A stretch of DNA of 64,000 bases from an uncultured delta proteobacterium (GTDB taxonomy: Bacteria > Desulfobacterota > Binatia > UBA9968): positions 32,001 through 96,000 of the forward strand of contig CAVYTU010000016.1 in assembly GCA_963771465.1 (NCBI GenBank), read 5' to 3'. Below, piece after piece: positions 1-9,813 of this stretch. Position 1 is the first letter of the stretch; each line of letters starts with the position of its first letter. The notes beneath the pieces are model-generated. The model saw only the letters and a list, made by a program, of their open reading frames with translations, did not search any database and was not told the origin of the DNA. The position numbers were made by a program, and so were the translations under genes.

Positions 1-951
1 CAGGCCGTCGTAGTCCATTTTTGAAAAGTCGAAACGCTCGCGGTTGCCTTCGCGGAAATAGCTGAACGACCGCTCGCTCGTTAGGGCCGCTGTCAGCTGC
101 TTGGCTACAGCGTCTTTGTTGATCGCTTCGTTGAAGCCGCGATTGAACACGGTGAAAAAATAGGCCATCGCCGGTGTGACGAATTCGCGCGCCTTTTGAT
201 CGGTCTCGTCAATGTAGATGTGACGGCATAAAATGAACTGCTCGGGCTTAGCGTCCCAGCCGTCTTCTTTGGCCTTCAAGCGATAGTAATTGAATGTGTC
301 CTCGATCTGTCCGGTCGTTTGATAGACCTGAGCGCAGGGGAGATGACGTTTGACGCACCATTCGACCGATTCCGCGCTGCGCGCGGCGATCCAGATCGGC
401 GGATGGGGTTGTTGCACCGGCCGCGGCCAGATCGCGCAGTCGTGCAGTTTGAAAAACGGCCCTTCGTGACTCCACACCGGCTTGGTCCAGGCGGTCATGA
501 TCAGGTTGTAAGCTTCTTCGAAACGGCCGCGCGATTCTTCCGGATTGACGCCGTACCAAATATATTCCGGCGGGATGCCGCGCACGAAACCGGCGATCAG
601 CCGGCCGTTGCTCAGGCAATCGATCATCGCGTACTCTTCGGCGACACGCACCGGATGATTGCGCAGCGGCAGGATGTTGCCGAGAACGCCGATCTTTATT
701 TTCTTGGTGCGCTGGCTGAGCGCGGAGGCGATCAGATTGGGTGACGGCATGGTGCCGTAGGCGCTGTAGTGATGCTCATTGAAAACCACCCCGTCAAAGC
801 CCAACTCCTCGCAGTAAGTCATCTCCGACAGGTGCTCCTCATAATTCGCCGCACCCTTGGCTGGATCGAAATAGCTGCTCGGCACCGGCGTGCGCGGCGC
901 GTCAACGGGCACATGGGGATAAGCGAGGAGATCGAAGTTATAAAGCTTCAC
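1..951 (-). CDS. LLM-class flavin-dependent oxidoreductase (3' end runs off the window)
   Basis: Not in the ORF track; translated by hand from GTG at 951 with AAGGAG RBS: MKLYNFDLLAYPH...EELGFDGVVFNEHHYSAYGTMPSPNL...RVAEEYAMIDCLSNGRLIAGFVRG...WPRPVQQPHPPIWIAA, typical luciferase-like motifs; open to position 1. Confidence 0.9.
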   Translation of the reverse strand, partial: MKLYNFDLLAYPHVPVDAPRTPVPSSYFDPAKGAANYEEHLSEMTYCEELGFDGVVFNEHHYSAYGTMPSPNLIASALSQRTKKIKIGVLGNILPLRNHPVRVAEEYAMIDCLSNGRLIAGFVRGIPPEYIWYGVNPEESRGRFEEAYNLIMTAWTKPVWSHEGPFFKLHDCAIWPRPVQQPHPPIWIAARSAESVEWCVKRHLPCAQVYQTTGQIEDTFNYYRLKAKEDGWDAKPEQFILCRHIYIDETDQKAREFVTPAMAYFFTVFNRGFNEAINKDAVAKQLTAALTSERSFSYFREGNRERFDFSKMDYDGL

Positions 952-1050
952 GGATTTTTTGCTCCTTAACTAAAACTGCGCGGATGCTAACACTCGACCG
1001 GTGTGCGGTCAAATCGCGCAAGGCGAAAAGGCCGGGGCTAGAAGCCGAAG

Positions 1051-1114
1051 GTCGAGGATGGAGTATTGAGGATGGAAGATCGCGATCCTCTATCATCCAT
1101 CTTCCATTCTCGAC
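1051..1114. repeat. Palindromic heptamer array, possible terminator or REP-like hairpin
   Basis: gtc-GAGGATG-GAGTATT-GAGGATG-GAAGATC-gc-GATCCTC-TATCATC-CATCTTC-CATTCTC-gac: four 7-mers followed by four reverse-complement 7-mers. Confidence 0.8.
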
Positions 1115-1125
1115 GAATGACTTAG

Positions 1126-2112
1126 TTACTTGTAGTAACCCTCTTTGACCAACTGATCGACGATGCTGGTGTCGATATACGAGGCAGCGTTGGCGTTCGC
1201 CGCCTTCGGTGTGTTCTTTTTTATCGCTTCGAGGGTGGTTTTGATGGTTTCGACCTGGGGCCGATGCACTTTGTCGGTCCAGCGCCTGAATTGATTGTAG
1301 GCGTACTCGGTCTCGTCGCGCGGGCGGCCCAGATACTCACTCATGATGTCGAGAGTTTTTTCTTTTTGATCGAAATAAAATTTCGACGCCTCGGCGGTAG
1401 CGCGCAGAAAACGTACGACGTTGTCCCGATTGTTTTTCAAATAAGCGGTCGGTACGATCTCGCCGTTTTGCTGCCAGGGAATGCCCAAGCCCGGCAACGC
1501 CAGCAACATTTCATAGCCGCGCCGTTCGGCGATCAGATCGAAGGGCGGCGCCAAGATGCCAAACTGCACCTCGCCCTTTTCCATGGCGGCGAGGATGCTC
1601 GCCGGATCGGCGTTGGAATGTTGCACGAGTTTGACATCTTTTTCAGCATCGATTTTCAGTCGGTTCAACGCGAAGCGCAGCGCCGTATCCGGAATAGTTC
1701 CAAAGGGCGCGCCGACATGGCCGGTCTTGCCTTTGAGATCCGCGACATTCTTGATGCCTTTCTGCGCCATGATCTTATAGGGAAAAACGTTGACCCAGGA
1801 GCCGACCAGAGTAAATCCCGGCGCGCCTTCGAGGTGCGCGGTGACGAATGCCGCGGCGCCGGCGCCGGTGGCCATCTGCATCTTATTGGCCAACATCGCC
1901 TGCACGGCGGCGGTGGTGTTGGTCTTGATGATTTCGACATCGAGGCCATGCTTTTTGTAAAAGCCTTGGTTCACCGCGATGGAGAAAAGGCCAGCTCCGG
2001 GATTCACTCCGGCTTGGCCGACGGTCATTTTGCGCAAAGCTTCGCCGGCTTCGCTCGCGCCGGTTAACGTAGAAGCAAGAAATAACAACCCGATGCGAAT
2101 GGTCAAATACAC
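1126..2112 (-). CDS. ABC transporter substrate-binding protein (NMT1/THI5/SsuA-like)
   Basis: Signal peptide, GFYKKHGLDVE motif, IKNVADLKGK, C-terminal YIDTSIVDQLVKEG; GGAGG RBS. Confidence 0.88.
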   Translation of the reverse strand: MYLTIRIGLLFLASTLTGASEAGEALRKMTVGQAGVNPGAGLFSIAVNQGFYKKHGLDVEIIKTNTTAAVQAMLANKMQMATGAGAAAFVTAHLEGAPGFTLVGSWVNVFPYKIMAQKGIKNVADLKGKTGHVGAPFGTIPDTALRFALNRLKIDAEKDVKLVQHSNADPASILAAMEKGEVQFGILAPPFDLIAERRGYEMLLALPGLGIPWQQNGEIVPTAYLKNNRDNVVRFLRATAEASKFYFDQKEKTLDIMSEYLGRPRDETEYAYNQFRRWTDKVHRPQVETIKTTLEAIKKNTPKAANANAASYIDTSIVDQLVKEGYYK

Positions 2113-2145
2113 TGATTCCTCCAGTGAAATGGAAAGGGAAACGAA

Positions 2146-3048
2146 TTATTTTTGCGGCTTCCACTTATCCAGACGCCGCTCGACGGCCTTGAGCGCCTCA
2201 TTCAAACCAGCGCCCAAACCGGCGATGATCACGATCGGCACGAACATGGCCGCCATCTGGAAGCGTTGCGCCGCCACCGAACTGAGATAGCCGAGACCCG
2301 TCGCCGCGCCGTATTGCTCGGCGACGACGATATAAACCAAAGCGCGGCCGAGGGCGACGCGCATGCCGGCGACGATATAAGGCAATGAACCGGGCAAAGA
2401 TACTTTCATGAAGATCTGGCTGTCGTAGGCGCCGAAAGCCCGCGCCATGGTGATGAGACGATTATCCGTATTGGCGATGCCGACCATGGTGTTGATCAAG
2501 ATCGGAAACACCGCGGCCAAAACCGTCATGATGATTTTTGAAATCGCGCCGAGTCCGAACATCATTATGATGAGCGGTAAAAGCGCGATCAGGGGAGTGG
2601 CGTAGATTCCCGACAAAAGTGGGTCGAAGGTCTTGTGGACCGCCTTGTACCAGCCCATGGGCACACCGATGACCACGCCGAGGACGACGGAGACAGCGAA
2701 GCCGATCAAGAAGTTGGTCAGGCTGAACCACATATGCTCCCAGATGGAGCCGTTGGCGAAAAGCTCGTAGCCCTTGAGGATGATTTTGCTAAATGGCGGA
2801 ACGTAGAATGGGTTGATAATTTCTAAGCGGGTCGTGATCTCCCAGCCAAGAAAGAAAGTTACTATGCCGATGACGCCGAGCCAGTTGGAAAGCAGTTCCC
2901 GCGTGCGCTGCCACAGCCCGTTGGTCGTTAGCGGGTTCGACTCGTCGACGGAGACTAGGTCGAAGGCTTCTTGTTCTCGTTTAGCCGTGGCACGCTCCTT
3001 AGACGTGAGAGAAACCGAATGTATGCGCGCGGTTGCATCCGCTGTCAA
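2146..3048 (-). CDS. ABC transporter permease (SsuC/TauC-type)
   Basis: Multiple TM helices, EAA-like loop MARAFGA...KVSLPGSLPYIVAGMRVALG, IVVAE motif; start uncertain. Confidence 0.9.
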   Translation of the reverse strand: MTADATARIHSVSLTSKERATAKREQEAFDLVSVDESNPLTTNGLWQRTRELLSNWLGVIGIVTFFLGWEITTRLEIINPFYVPPFSKIILKGYELFANGSIWEHMWFSLTNFLIGFAVSVVLGVVIGVPMGWYKAVHKTFDPLLSGIYATPLIALLPLIIMMFGLGAISKIIMTVLAAVFPILINTMVGIANTDNRLITMARAFGAYDSQIFMKVSLPGSLPYIVAGMRVALGRALVYIVVAEQYGAATGLGYLSSVAAQRFQMAAMFVPIVIIAGLGAGLNEALKAVERRLDKWKPQK

Positions 3049-3085
3049 GCCTTGTTTGACGGTGGAATGGCGCGCGCTTCACGCG

Positions 3086-3883
3086 CTATTCCCAGCGTTT
3101 CATGGACGCGAAGTCGTAACTCACTGAACTGTCGGCCTCGAAGCGCCAAATGGCGCGCTCTTTTTTCCATTCGCCGGCGAAGACCGATTTCAAAAACGAC
3201 GTGATCTGATTCCACGCCGCGTCGCTCTGGGGCTGGCGATAGCGGCCGGGCATGGTGTCATTCAGAAATCCGTGCGGCGCGTCGGGATAGACGCGGATAC
3301 CAAAACTTTTTTTGGCGGCGGCTAAAACAGCGGACATGCGCACGATATTGTCCAGATGAATCAGATTGTCGAGCTCGCCGAAAACCGCCGTGAGCGGGCA
3401 GGTCATTTCTTTCAAGAGATCTTCGATCGACTCGGGCCGCAGCGCATGAGTCTTCCAGTCGGCCTCGTAAACCGCGCCATAGAGCACCACCGCGGCGGCG
3501 AGATAGTCGCGTTTGGCGGCCAGCAAAATCGGCTGGCGCCCGGTCTGACAGACACCGGACATGGCGATCTTGCCGATATCGACTTGTGGCAGGGTGCCGA
3601 GATAATCGACGACGGCATCGGTGTCGAGCAGGACTTCGTCATCACTCAGCTCGCAGCGGTCGTTGCCTTCGGCGAGCTTGGCGCGGTCGCCGGTGAAGCG
3701 CGAAAAGTAATCGGGCACGATGGTGACATAGCCGGCTTGGACGTATTTCTCGCCTAAGTCCATGGTGTGTTGCACGATGCCGTAGCGCTCGTGCATGTGA
3801 ATGATCGCCGGCCGTTTGCCGATGCCCTCGGGAATGCCGAGATGAGCGTCGATGCGATTGTCGATCTGTACGGGTGTGAGCAT
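3086..3883 (-). CDS. Dienelactone hydrolase family protein
   Basis: HERYG, nucleophile elbow GVCQTG, GELD and APHGF triad motifs; start moved to ATG 3883 (AAGGA RBS). Confidence 0.88.
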   Translation of the reverse strand: MLTPVQIDNRIDAHLGIPEGIGKRPAIIHMHERYGIVQHTMDLGEKYVQAGYVTIVPDYFSRFTGDRAKLAEGNDRCELSDDEVLLDTDAVVDYLGTLPQVDIGKIAMSGVCQTGRQPILLAAKRDYLAAAVVLYGAVYEADWKTHALRPESIEDLLKEMTCPLTAVFGELDNLIHLDNIVRMSAVLAAAKKSFGIRVYPDAPHGFLNDTMPGRYRQPQSDAAWNQITSFLKSVFAGEWKKERAIWRFEADSSVSYDFASMKRWE

Positions 3884-4035
3884 GAGAATTATCCTTCTAG
3901 AGTATTTTTTGGCTGCCACTCTTAGCATTCAATCGGACGAATTTTTATCGATCGATGCGCTGATTAAGGTTTAAGGAAAAATTCAGTAGCGAGATTTGCC
4001 CGCCGCGTTAGCTCCCCAGCGTGTCGCCCCAACGA

Positions 4036-4611
4036 TTACGGCAAGCGGCTCAATACGTAGCGCAGCACCGCTTTGCTGGTTTCCAACGATGACTCGGGCT
4101 TTTTCCACGCGGCGATGCTGCCGCCAATGGCGCCCTTGTAAAAAACGATCAGCGTCGATTTATAGCCGGTCTTGGGATCGGTCACAGCTTCGAGGACGAA
4201 GGCGCGATCGCCGAAGCCGTCGATGGGCGTGATCGTGGCGTTCTTGAAGGGCGCGTCCGGGGCCTTGGCCATCTGTGAGTATTGCTCGACGGAGTTCTGA
4301 TAAATACTGCTCATCGCTTCGGCCGAATGCAGAACGTGCAAGGTGAGATCGAGTAGGCGCGGCGCGGTGAGCGAGTTGGCGACGTCGGTGCCGCGCGCGA
4401 TGTAGGTACAAATCGAATCGTAAGTGCCCGGTCCGTTGCCGGTCGGCACTTTGGCATGCTCTCTTACGTCGAGCGGCCCGCCGACGAATTTTTGCGCGTC
4501 GTCGCCGCTGACGATGCTGCACGCGCTAAACTCGGGGGTGGCGGCGAACAGCGCTGGGCTCAAGCCGATCGTTAATGCCAATGCCGCAAATTGTCCCTTC
4601 CAGCCAATCAT
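4036..4611 (-). CDS. Secreted hypothetical protein
   Basis: Signal peptide (..ALFA|AT), two Cys (ACS, ICTY), GFGDRAF motif; no confident family. Confidence 0.7.
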   Translation of the reverse strand: MIGWKGQFAALALTIGLSPALFAATPEFSACSIVSGDDAQKFVGGPLDVREHAKVPTGNGPGTYDSICTYIARGTDVANSLTAPRLLDLTLHVLHSAEAMSSIYQNSVEQYSQMAKAPDAPFKNATITPIDGFGDRAFVLEAVTDPKTGYKSTLIVFYKGAIGGSIAAWKKPESSLETSKAVLRYVLSRLP

Positions 4612-4641
4612 GTCTTGGTACCTTTCGAATTTTATCGCAAG

Positions 4642-5661
4642 TTAACGCTTATACAGCCGATCGAATAACCCTTCGTCATCGACTTTTTTCACGAAACTGG
4701 AGTCGACGAAGTCCTCCGGTTTGGCGCCTTTCGCTTTTGGATTGCGCAGTGCGGTTTCGTCGAGGATGGTTTTGATGCCAGCCAGTGTTGGGTACGGTTT
4801 TTCCGGTATCGATTTGAGCGCGATTTCCCGGTGCGTTTCTTCGAGCGCTTCGCGATCGTCGGTCTTGAGATACCTGCCGAGGATTTTGATCGTCGCTTCT
4901 TTTTCCCGTTTGTAAAAATGAATCGCTTCCGACAACGTGCGAATCACCGACAGCACCGTGTCGGGATTGCTTTTCAGATAGGGCCGTAACGCCAACAATG
5001 CCGTCAATTGAAACGGAATGTTGAGCTCAGCCATGTCGAGCAAGGTCTGATAGCCGAGCTTGCGCGCGGTGAGAGTAAAGGGCGGCGTGATGATCGTCGC
5101 CTGGACGTTTCTCGATTGCAGCGCGGCGAAGCGTGCGGTTTGCACGCCGATCTGCAGCAGCGTGACATCTTTCTCGGCATTCAAACCCACGCGCGCCAAG
5201 GCCATCTTGACGCTCAGGTCCGTCGCGCTGCCGAAGCGGCTGACCGCGACCTTGGTTCCTCTCAGCTGATCGACTTTCTTGATTTCCGGCAGCGCGATCA
5301 AGCTGTACGGGAAAGTATTCAACAGACTAGCGATGACCAACACATCGACACCGGCAAGCTTGCTGCCCACCGAAGAAGATCCATCCGACAACGTCATGGC
5401 GACATCGCCGCCGATCATCGCCTGAATCCCAAGCGAACCGCCGGTGGTAAAAACCAGGGTCGGATCGAGGTTGTGCTTCTTGAACAGCCCGACTTCTTTG
5501 GCGACGATCAACACCGCTTGATAGGGACTGGTCGCCGTATAGGCGATGTTGATTTTACGCAGCTGGGCGTAAGCCACTCTGACCAATCCTATATGCACGA
5601 TGATTCCGATCACGATTCCGGTCGCAGCGCGCCCATAGTTCATTCGGTTGCTTCCCATCAC
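4642..5661 (-). CDS. ABC transporter substrate-binding protein (NMT1/THI5/SsuA-like)
   Basis: GLFKKHNLD, VAVSRFGSATD, PYPTLAGI, FVDSSFVKK; signal peptide. Confidence 0.9.
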   Translation of the reverse strand: MMGSNRMNYGRAATGIVIGIIVHIGLVRVAYAQLRKINIAYTATSPYQAVLIVAKEVGLFKKHNLDPTLVFTTGGSLGIQAMIGGDVAMTLSDGSSSVGSKLAGVDVLVIASLLNTFPYSLIALPEIKKVDQLRGTKVAVSRFGSATDLSVKMALARVGLNAEKDVTLLQIGVQTARFAALQSRNVQATIITPPFTLTARKLGYQTLLDMAELNIPFQLTALLALRPYLKSNPDTVLSVIRTLSEAIHFYKREKEATIKILGRYLKTDDREALEETHREIALKSIPEKPYPTLAGIKTILDETALRNPKAKGAKPEDFVDSSFVKKVDDEGLFDRLYKR

Positions 5662-5709
5662 TCCATCTCTCCAATACTCCAGACCTGCACTTGTAACTTC
5701 GAAGAGTTT

Positions 5710-6486
5710 TTACTTCTCCGGCTCGTATTGCAAATTATCCCGGATCAAATTCGAAATGCCTCGGGCGATGGGTCGGCGGATTTCTTCGCCGACGTGGGCG
5801 AGGCCGCCGAGCGCGCGGCCGAGGATCGCGAAGCTTTTGGACATCTGCCAGTGGATGCCCATGTCGAGCGAGATCGCTGCGATGGCGCCGGTGACGTTGA
5901 CGGGCAAATGCTTGCCGACTTTGCCGTCGGCGATCTTGCCGATTTTTCTTAAGAGCTCGCAGTAGCGGCCGTAGACTTTGGTTTCCTGGGCGACTTCGAA
6001 TAGCCGCTCGGCGCGCGGGTCGCCGCCGGTGTGGATGCCGTGGCCGATGCCGGGGATGAGTTGGTTATTCGCCAACCGTTTGTCCACCGTTTTGAGCGCG
6101 ACAGTGTCGAGATCGGTTTCTTTGGAAGTTTTCGGCAACGCGTCGTTCAACATCTTCGCGCAGTGTTCCGACGAGCCGAGATGGACGCTGCCGGCGCCGA
6201 GGATCGCCGCGGCGACCGCGCCTTGGATCGCTTCCGGCGCGGAGTGAAAAGTCATACGCGCCGCGGCGGCGCCGGTGGTCATGCCATGATCGACCAGGAC
6301 GATCAACATGCTGTCGATCATGCGCCCCTGCTCGGGCGTCGGTAGACGGCCTTCGAGCATCAAATAAACCATCTGCGCGAAGCTGATCTTGCCGAGCAGA
6401 TCCTTATTCAGATCGTAATTGCGCACGAAAATCTTATCGTGCTCGGCGCGGCCCATCGAGGAAACGAGTTTCGCTGTGTCTGCCAT
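5710..6486 (-). CDS. Citryl-CoA lyase / citrate-synthase-family protein
   Basis: LVDHG, GSVHLG, IPGIGHGIH..GDPRA, PVNVTGAIAA, GRALGGLAH; AAGGAGG RBS. Confidence 0.85.
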   Translation of the reverse strand: MADTAKLVSSMGRAEHDKIFVRNYDLNKDLLGKISFAQMVYLMLEGRLPTPEQGRMIDSMLIVLVDHGMTTGAAAARMTFHSAPEAIQGAVAAAILGAGSVHLGSSEHCAKMLNDALPKTSKETDLDTVALKTVDKRLANNQLIPGIGHGIHTGGDPRAERLFEVAQETKVYGRYCELLRKIGKIADGKVGKHLPVNVTGAIAAISLDMGIHWQMSKSFAILGRALGGLAHVGEEIRRPIARGISNLIRDNLQYEPEK

Positions 6487-6505
6487 AATGCCTCCTTAGA
6501 GTGCT

Positions 6506-6561
6506 TTTCGAGTCTCGGGTTTTGAGAATCAACGTGAGACACGAGACTCGAAACCCGAAGC
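6506..6561. repeat. Inverted heptamer array (TTTCGAG / CTCGAAA-like)
   Basis: tttcgag-tctcggg-ttttgag ... gtgagac-acgagac-tcgaaac-ccgaagc in the intergenic gap. Confidence 0.6.
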
Positions 6562-6570
6562 GAGTTTTGC

Positions 6571-7671
6571 TTAATCCAACTTCAGCAACCGTGCCGCGTT
6601 TTCGCCCATGATTTTGCGCTGGGTTTCGCTGTCCAAATCTTTGCGGTTGAGGATCATGTCGGTGACGCCGGGAAATGTCGCATCCCAGTGCGGATAGTCG
6701 GAGGCGAAGACGACATGGTCGGCGCCAATGGTCTCGATCACCTGGCCCAAGCGGGTTTCGTCGGCTTCGAACGAGACGAAACATTGGCGGCGAAAATAGT
6801 CGCTCGGTTTCATTTTCAACCACGGCACTTGAAACGGCAGGACTTCATGGTGTTCGTCCATGCGCCAGAGCCAGTAGGGCAGCCAGCCGGCACCGGCTTC
6901 GAGAAAGACGACTTGCAATTCCGGATTGCGCTCCAGAGTGCCTTTGCAGATCATTCCCAAGCTCGCGAGCATTTGTTCCACCGGATGGGAAACCGTGTGG
7001 GTAAAAAACCACTGGCCGGCGAAGCGGTCGGCACCGGCGGTGGGGAGAAATGCGCCGGAGCCTTCGTGCACCAACAACGGCACGCCGAGATCGACGACGG
7101 TTTTATAGAGCGGGTCGTAGTAGGGATCGTCGATGTTGCGGCCGTTTACTGGATTGGGTCGAACAAAAATGCCTTTGAAGCCGAGCTCGTTGACGACTCT
7201 TTGCGCTTCCGCAATGGCCATTTTCACATCTTGTACCGGGACGACGCCGACACCCATCAATCTGTTTCGATCCTCGCCGCAGTAATCGTAGAGCCAATTA
7301 TTGTATGCCCTGCACAGCGCCGCGGCGTACGCCTCTTCGTGGACGGACGTGAGATACAATCCTGCGGAGGGAAACAGCAGGCCGCGCTCGATGCGGTCGC
7401 GGTCCATGGCTTGGAGGCGCTGTTTAGGATGGGTCGCCAGATGGCGCTGTTCGTTCACAGGCGAGCCGTCGTCTTTAATGCGGAACGGCGTTTCGTCCGG
7501 GCGGCGATGATGCCGGTCGTCTTCCAGGCGAAAGAGCAGCTGGCCGTTGGCAACTTTTTCAATCTTCGGCGCGCGGGCGCGAAACGGCGCTTCAAGATAT
7601 TTCTCAAAAAGATCGTCGGCCTCGCGCACATGGCCGTCGACGTCGATAATTCTCATTCCATTCTCCGACAT
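6571..7671 (-). CDS. Amidohydrolase family protein (Amidohydro_2)
   Basis: IDVDGHV, RAYNNWL, LLVHEG, FLEAGAGWLP, FASDYPHWD, GENAARL. Confidence 0.9.
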   Translation of the reverse strand: MSENGMRIIDVDGHVREADDLFEKYLEAPFRARAPKIEKVANGQLLFRLEDDRHHRRPDETPFRIKDDGSPVNEQRHLATHPKQRLQAMDRDRIERGLLFPSAGLYLTSVHEEAYAAALCRAYNNWLYDYCGEDRNRLMGVGVVPVQDVKMAIAEAQRVVNELGFKGIFVRPNPVNGRNIDDPYYDPLYKTVVDLGVPLLVHEGSGAFLPTAGADRFAGQWFFTHTVSHPVEQMLASLGMICKGTLERNPELQVVFLEAGAGWLPYWLWRMDEHHEVLPFQVPWLKMKPSDYFRRQCFVSFEADETRLGQVIETIGADHVVFASDYPHWDATFPGVTDMILNRKDLDSETQRKIMGENAARLLKLD

Positions 7672-7673
7672 GT

Positions 7674-8621
7674 TTATCTCCGTTCACGCAGAACTTCTTC
7701 GACCACCGAGGCGTCGACCACGCGATCTAGCGGTAAATCGGGTTTGCCCTGTTGGTCGAGCACGGTCTTGATCGCCTCGGCGAGTGGGCGAACGTCATCG
7801 ATGATCAACTTGGCATAGATGGCGTGAGATTCCACCGCCATAGCCTCATCAAGGCCATAAAATTTTTGCAGGAAGGCTACGGCCTCACCTTTCTGCTGCT
7901 TGATCCAACGCAAAGTGTCGAGCTGCGCGCGCACCAATTTTTTTACCTGTTCGCGTTCTTGCTGAATCTTGCGGGTCGATGTGCCGATGCCGACGGTGGC
8001 CATGTCGATGACATCGGACGCGGTGCCGAGAAGGTTGAAGCCCTGCCTTTTGGCGACGACGAAAAAAGGCAGTGAGATCGGTGTGGCATCGATCTGACCG
8101 GTGACCAGCGCGGGAAATCTGGTGTCCGAGCCGCCCATATTGACGAAGGCGACCTCGCGCGGATCGACGCCGCCGCGGCGCAGCAGATGGCGCGCGATGA
8201 AATCGTCGGCGGCGCCGATGGTGACGGCGATGGTTTTGCCCTTCAAGTCGGCGATGGTCTTGATATGGGGCCGGGTCACCAAGGTATGAAACGACGAGCG
8301 CAGCGCCAAGCTGACGATGCGCACCGGCGCGCCGGAGATGGCGCCGCGGGAGACCGTGCTGGCGCCCCAGGCGTAATCGATATCGCCGGTTTGGATCGCG
8401 CCGATGGTCAATGGCGGGCGCATGGCGATGATCTCCGCCTCGATGCCATGCTTACGAAAAAAGCCGCGCTCCCTGGCCGCCCAGGTGTCGAGGAAGCCGA
8501 GGGACTTGGAAGAGACGGCGATACGGACTTTTTCCGGCGCGCGTTCGGCGCTCAAGCCTATTTGCGCCAAGACGGTCACAATCAATAGCGCAATGAAAAA
8601 ATGTTGCGGCGAAAAGTTCAT
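7674..8621 (-). CDS. ABC transporter substrate-binding protein (NMT1/SsuA-like)
   Basis: GFFRKHGIEAE, IKTIADLKGK, VVDASVVEEV; start placed at ATG 8621 ahead of the signal peptide (ORF extends to 8687). Confidence 0.85.
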   Translation of the reverse strand: MNFSPQHFFIALLIVTVLAQIGLSAERAPEKVRIAVSSKSLGFLDTWAARERGFFRKHGIEAEIIAMRPPLTIGAIQTGDIDYAWGASTVSRGAISGAPVRIVSLALRSSFHTLVTRPHIKTIADLKGKTIAVTIGAADDFIARHLLRRGGVDPREVAFVNMGGSDTRFPALVTGQIDATPISLPFFVVAKRQGFNLLGTASDVIDMATVGIGTSTRKIQQEREQVKKLVRAQLDTLRWIKQQKGEAVAFLQKFYGLDEAMAVESHAIYAKLIIDDVRPLAEAIKTVLDQQGKPDLPLDRVVDASVVEEVLRERR

Positions 8622-8704
8622 TTTTTGAACTGTGTATCCAGGCAGCCGCAGGATAGCAAGGGATGGTTGATCCGACAATAAGTCCACGCTAGTGTCGGGC
8701 GACT

Positions 8705-9688
8705 ATGGCGAATCGAAGAAAGATGATGAGTACGGTTTGGTTGCTGGCGCTGCTGGCGATGTGTTCACTCTTCGCAGGACCGGTGATCGCCGCCGAAAAG
8801 CTGCGCGTGAGCAATTGCTACATCGGCGGCGCGATTCTGCCTCTGTGGCTTGCGAAAGACGCGGGCTTCTACGCGCGCGAAGGGTTGGATGTCGAGCAGA
8901 TCTGGATTCAGGGCAATCCGGCGGTATCGTCCTTGATCTCGGGCGAGATCGATCTCCTATACTGCATTCCACACAACATCATCGGCGCCATGGCCAACGG
9001 CGCGGATTTGCAATTCATCGCCAGTATCTACAACCGCATGCAGTACCGCATCGTTGCCGCGCCCGGTATCGACAAGGTCGAGCAGCTAAAAGGCAAAGTA
9101 GTCGGCATTGCACGGATTCACGATGTCTCACATTTCTATATGCGTCTGGCGCTCAAGAGACTGGGCATGAATCCCGATCAAGATGTCCGGGTGGTTTCCA
9201 CTGGTGGCCAGGCGGACCGGACTCTGGCGCTGAAAAACGGCCGGGTGGCGGCGACGATTTTGAATCCCGCCTTCGCGATGACGCTGGAGAAAGACGGCTT
9301 TAAAACTATTCTCGATATCGAGAGTCTAAACTTTCCCGTGGTCGGCAACATGAGCGCGGTGCGCCGGGCGTTTTTGAAAGATCGCCGTCCGGTGGCGCTG
9401 CGCTTCGTGCGCGCTTTAGTGGCGAGCATGAAAAAGATTCAGGACGACCCGGAATTCAGCAAGAAGGTCTTGGCGAAAAATCTACGTTTGCAGGATAAAG
9501 CGATTATCGACGAGAACTATCGCTTCAATTCGGGAAAGTTTCTCGAACCGTTTCCAACCTTGCCGCTTGATGGCTTGCGCTACGCCATCGATTCACTGGT
9601 GCCGACTGTGCCGGCGGCCAAAAATTTAAAAGCCGAGGCGCTGATCGATCCGAGTATTCTTGCCGAGGTGGCGAAAGCGATGCCCTAG
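8705..9688 (+). CDS. ABC transporter substrate-binding protein (NMT1/SsuA-like)
   Basis: Signal peptide, GFYAREGLDVE, QLKGKVVG, LIDPSIL. Confidence 0.88.
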   Translation: MANRRKMMSTVWLLALLAMCSLFAGPVIAAEKLRVSNCYIGGAILPLWLAKDAGFYAREGLDVEQIWIQGNPAVSSLISGEIDLLYCIPHNIIGAMANGADLQFIASIYNRMQYRIVAAPGIDKVEQLKGKVVGIARIHDVSHFYMRLALKRLGMNPDQDVRVVSTGGQADRTLALKNGRVAATILNPAFAMTLEKDGFKTILDIESLNFPVVGNMSAVRRAFLKDRRPVALRFVRALVASMKKIQDDPEFSKKVLAKNLRLQDKAIIDENYRFNSGKFLEPFPTLPLDGLRYAIDSLVPTVPAAKNLKAEALIDPSILAEVAKAMP

Positions 9689-9693
9689 GGTAA

Positions 9694-9721
9694 GGATGAA
9701 GGATAAAGGCAGAAGGATGAA
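9694..9721 (+). repeat. Heptamer tandem repeat (GGATGAA-like x4)
   Basis: ggatgaa-ggataaa-ggcagaa-ggatgaa directly after the stop codon. Confidence 0.7.
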
Positions 9722-9740
9722 GCGGCACGTTTCGGAACAA

Positions 9741-9807
9741 GGATTTCTCTCTACCTTCGAAATGACACGGGGTGCTGAGCTGTCATCTCGAACAAAGTGA
9801 GAGATCT
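9741..9807. repeat. REP-like imperfect inverted repeat pair
   Basis: GGATTTCTC...TTCGAAATGACA and TGTCATCTCGAA...GAGAGATCT form a long hairpin between convergent reading frames. Confidence 0.65.
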
Positions 9808-9813
9808 TGCGTC

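Noticed and set aside
248-969. Three listed ORFs (248-619, 319-744, 769-969)
   Set aside because: Shadows of the real minus-strand LLM gene at 1-951
5008-7818. Long plus-strand ORFs 5008-5952 and 6688-7818
   Set aside because: Antisense to well-supported genes; a typical high-GC artefact with no motifs
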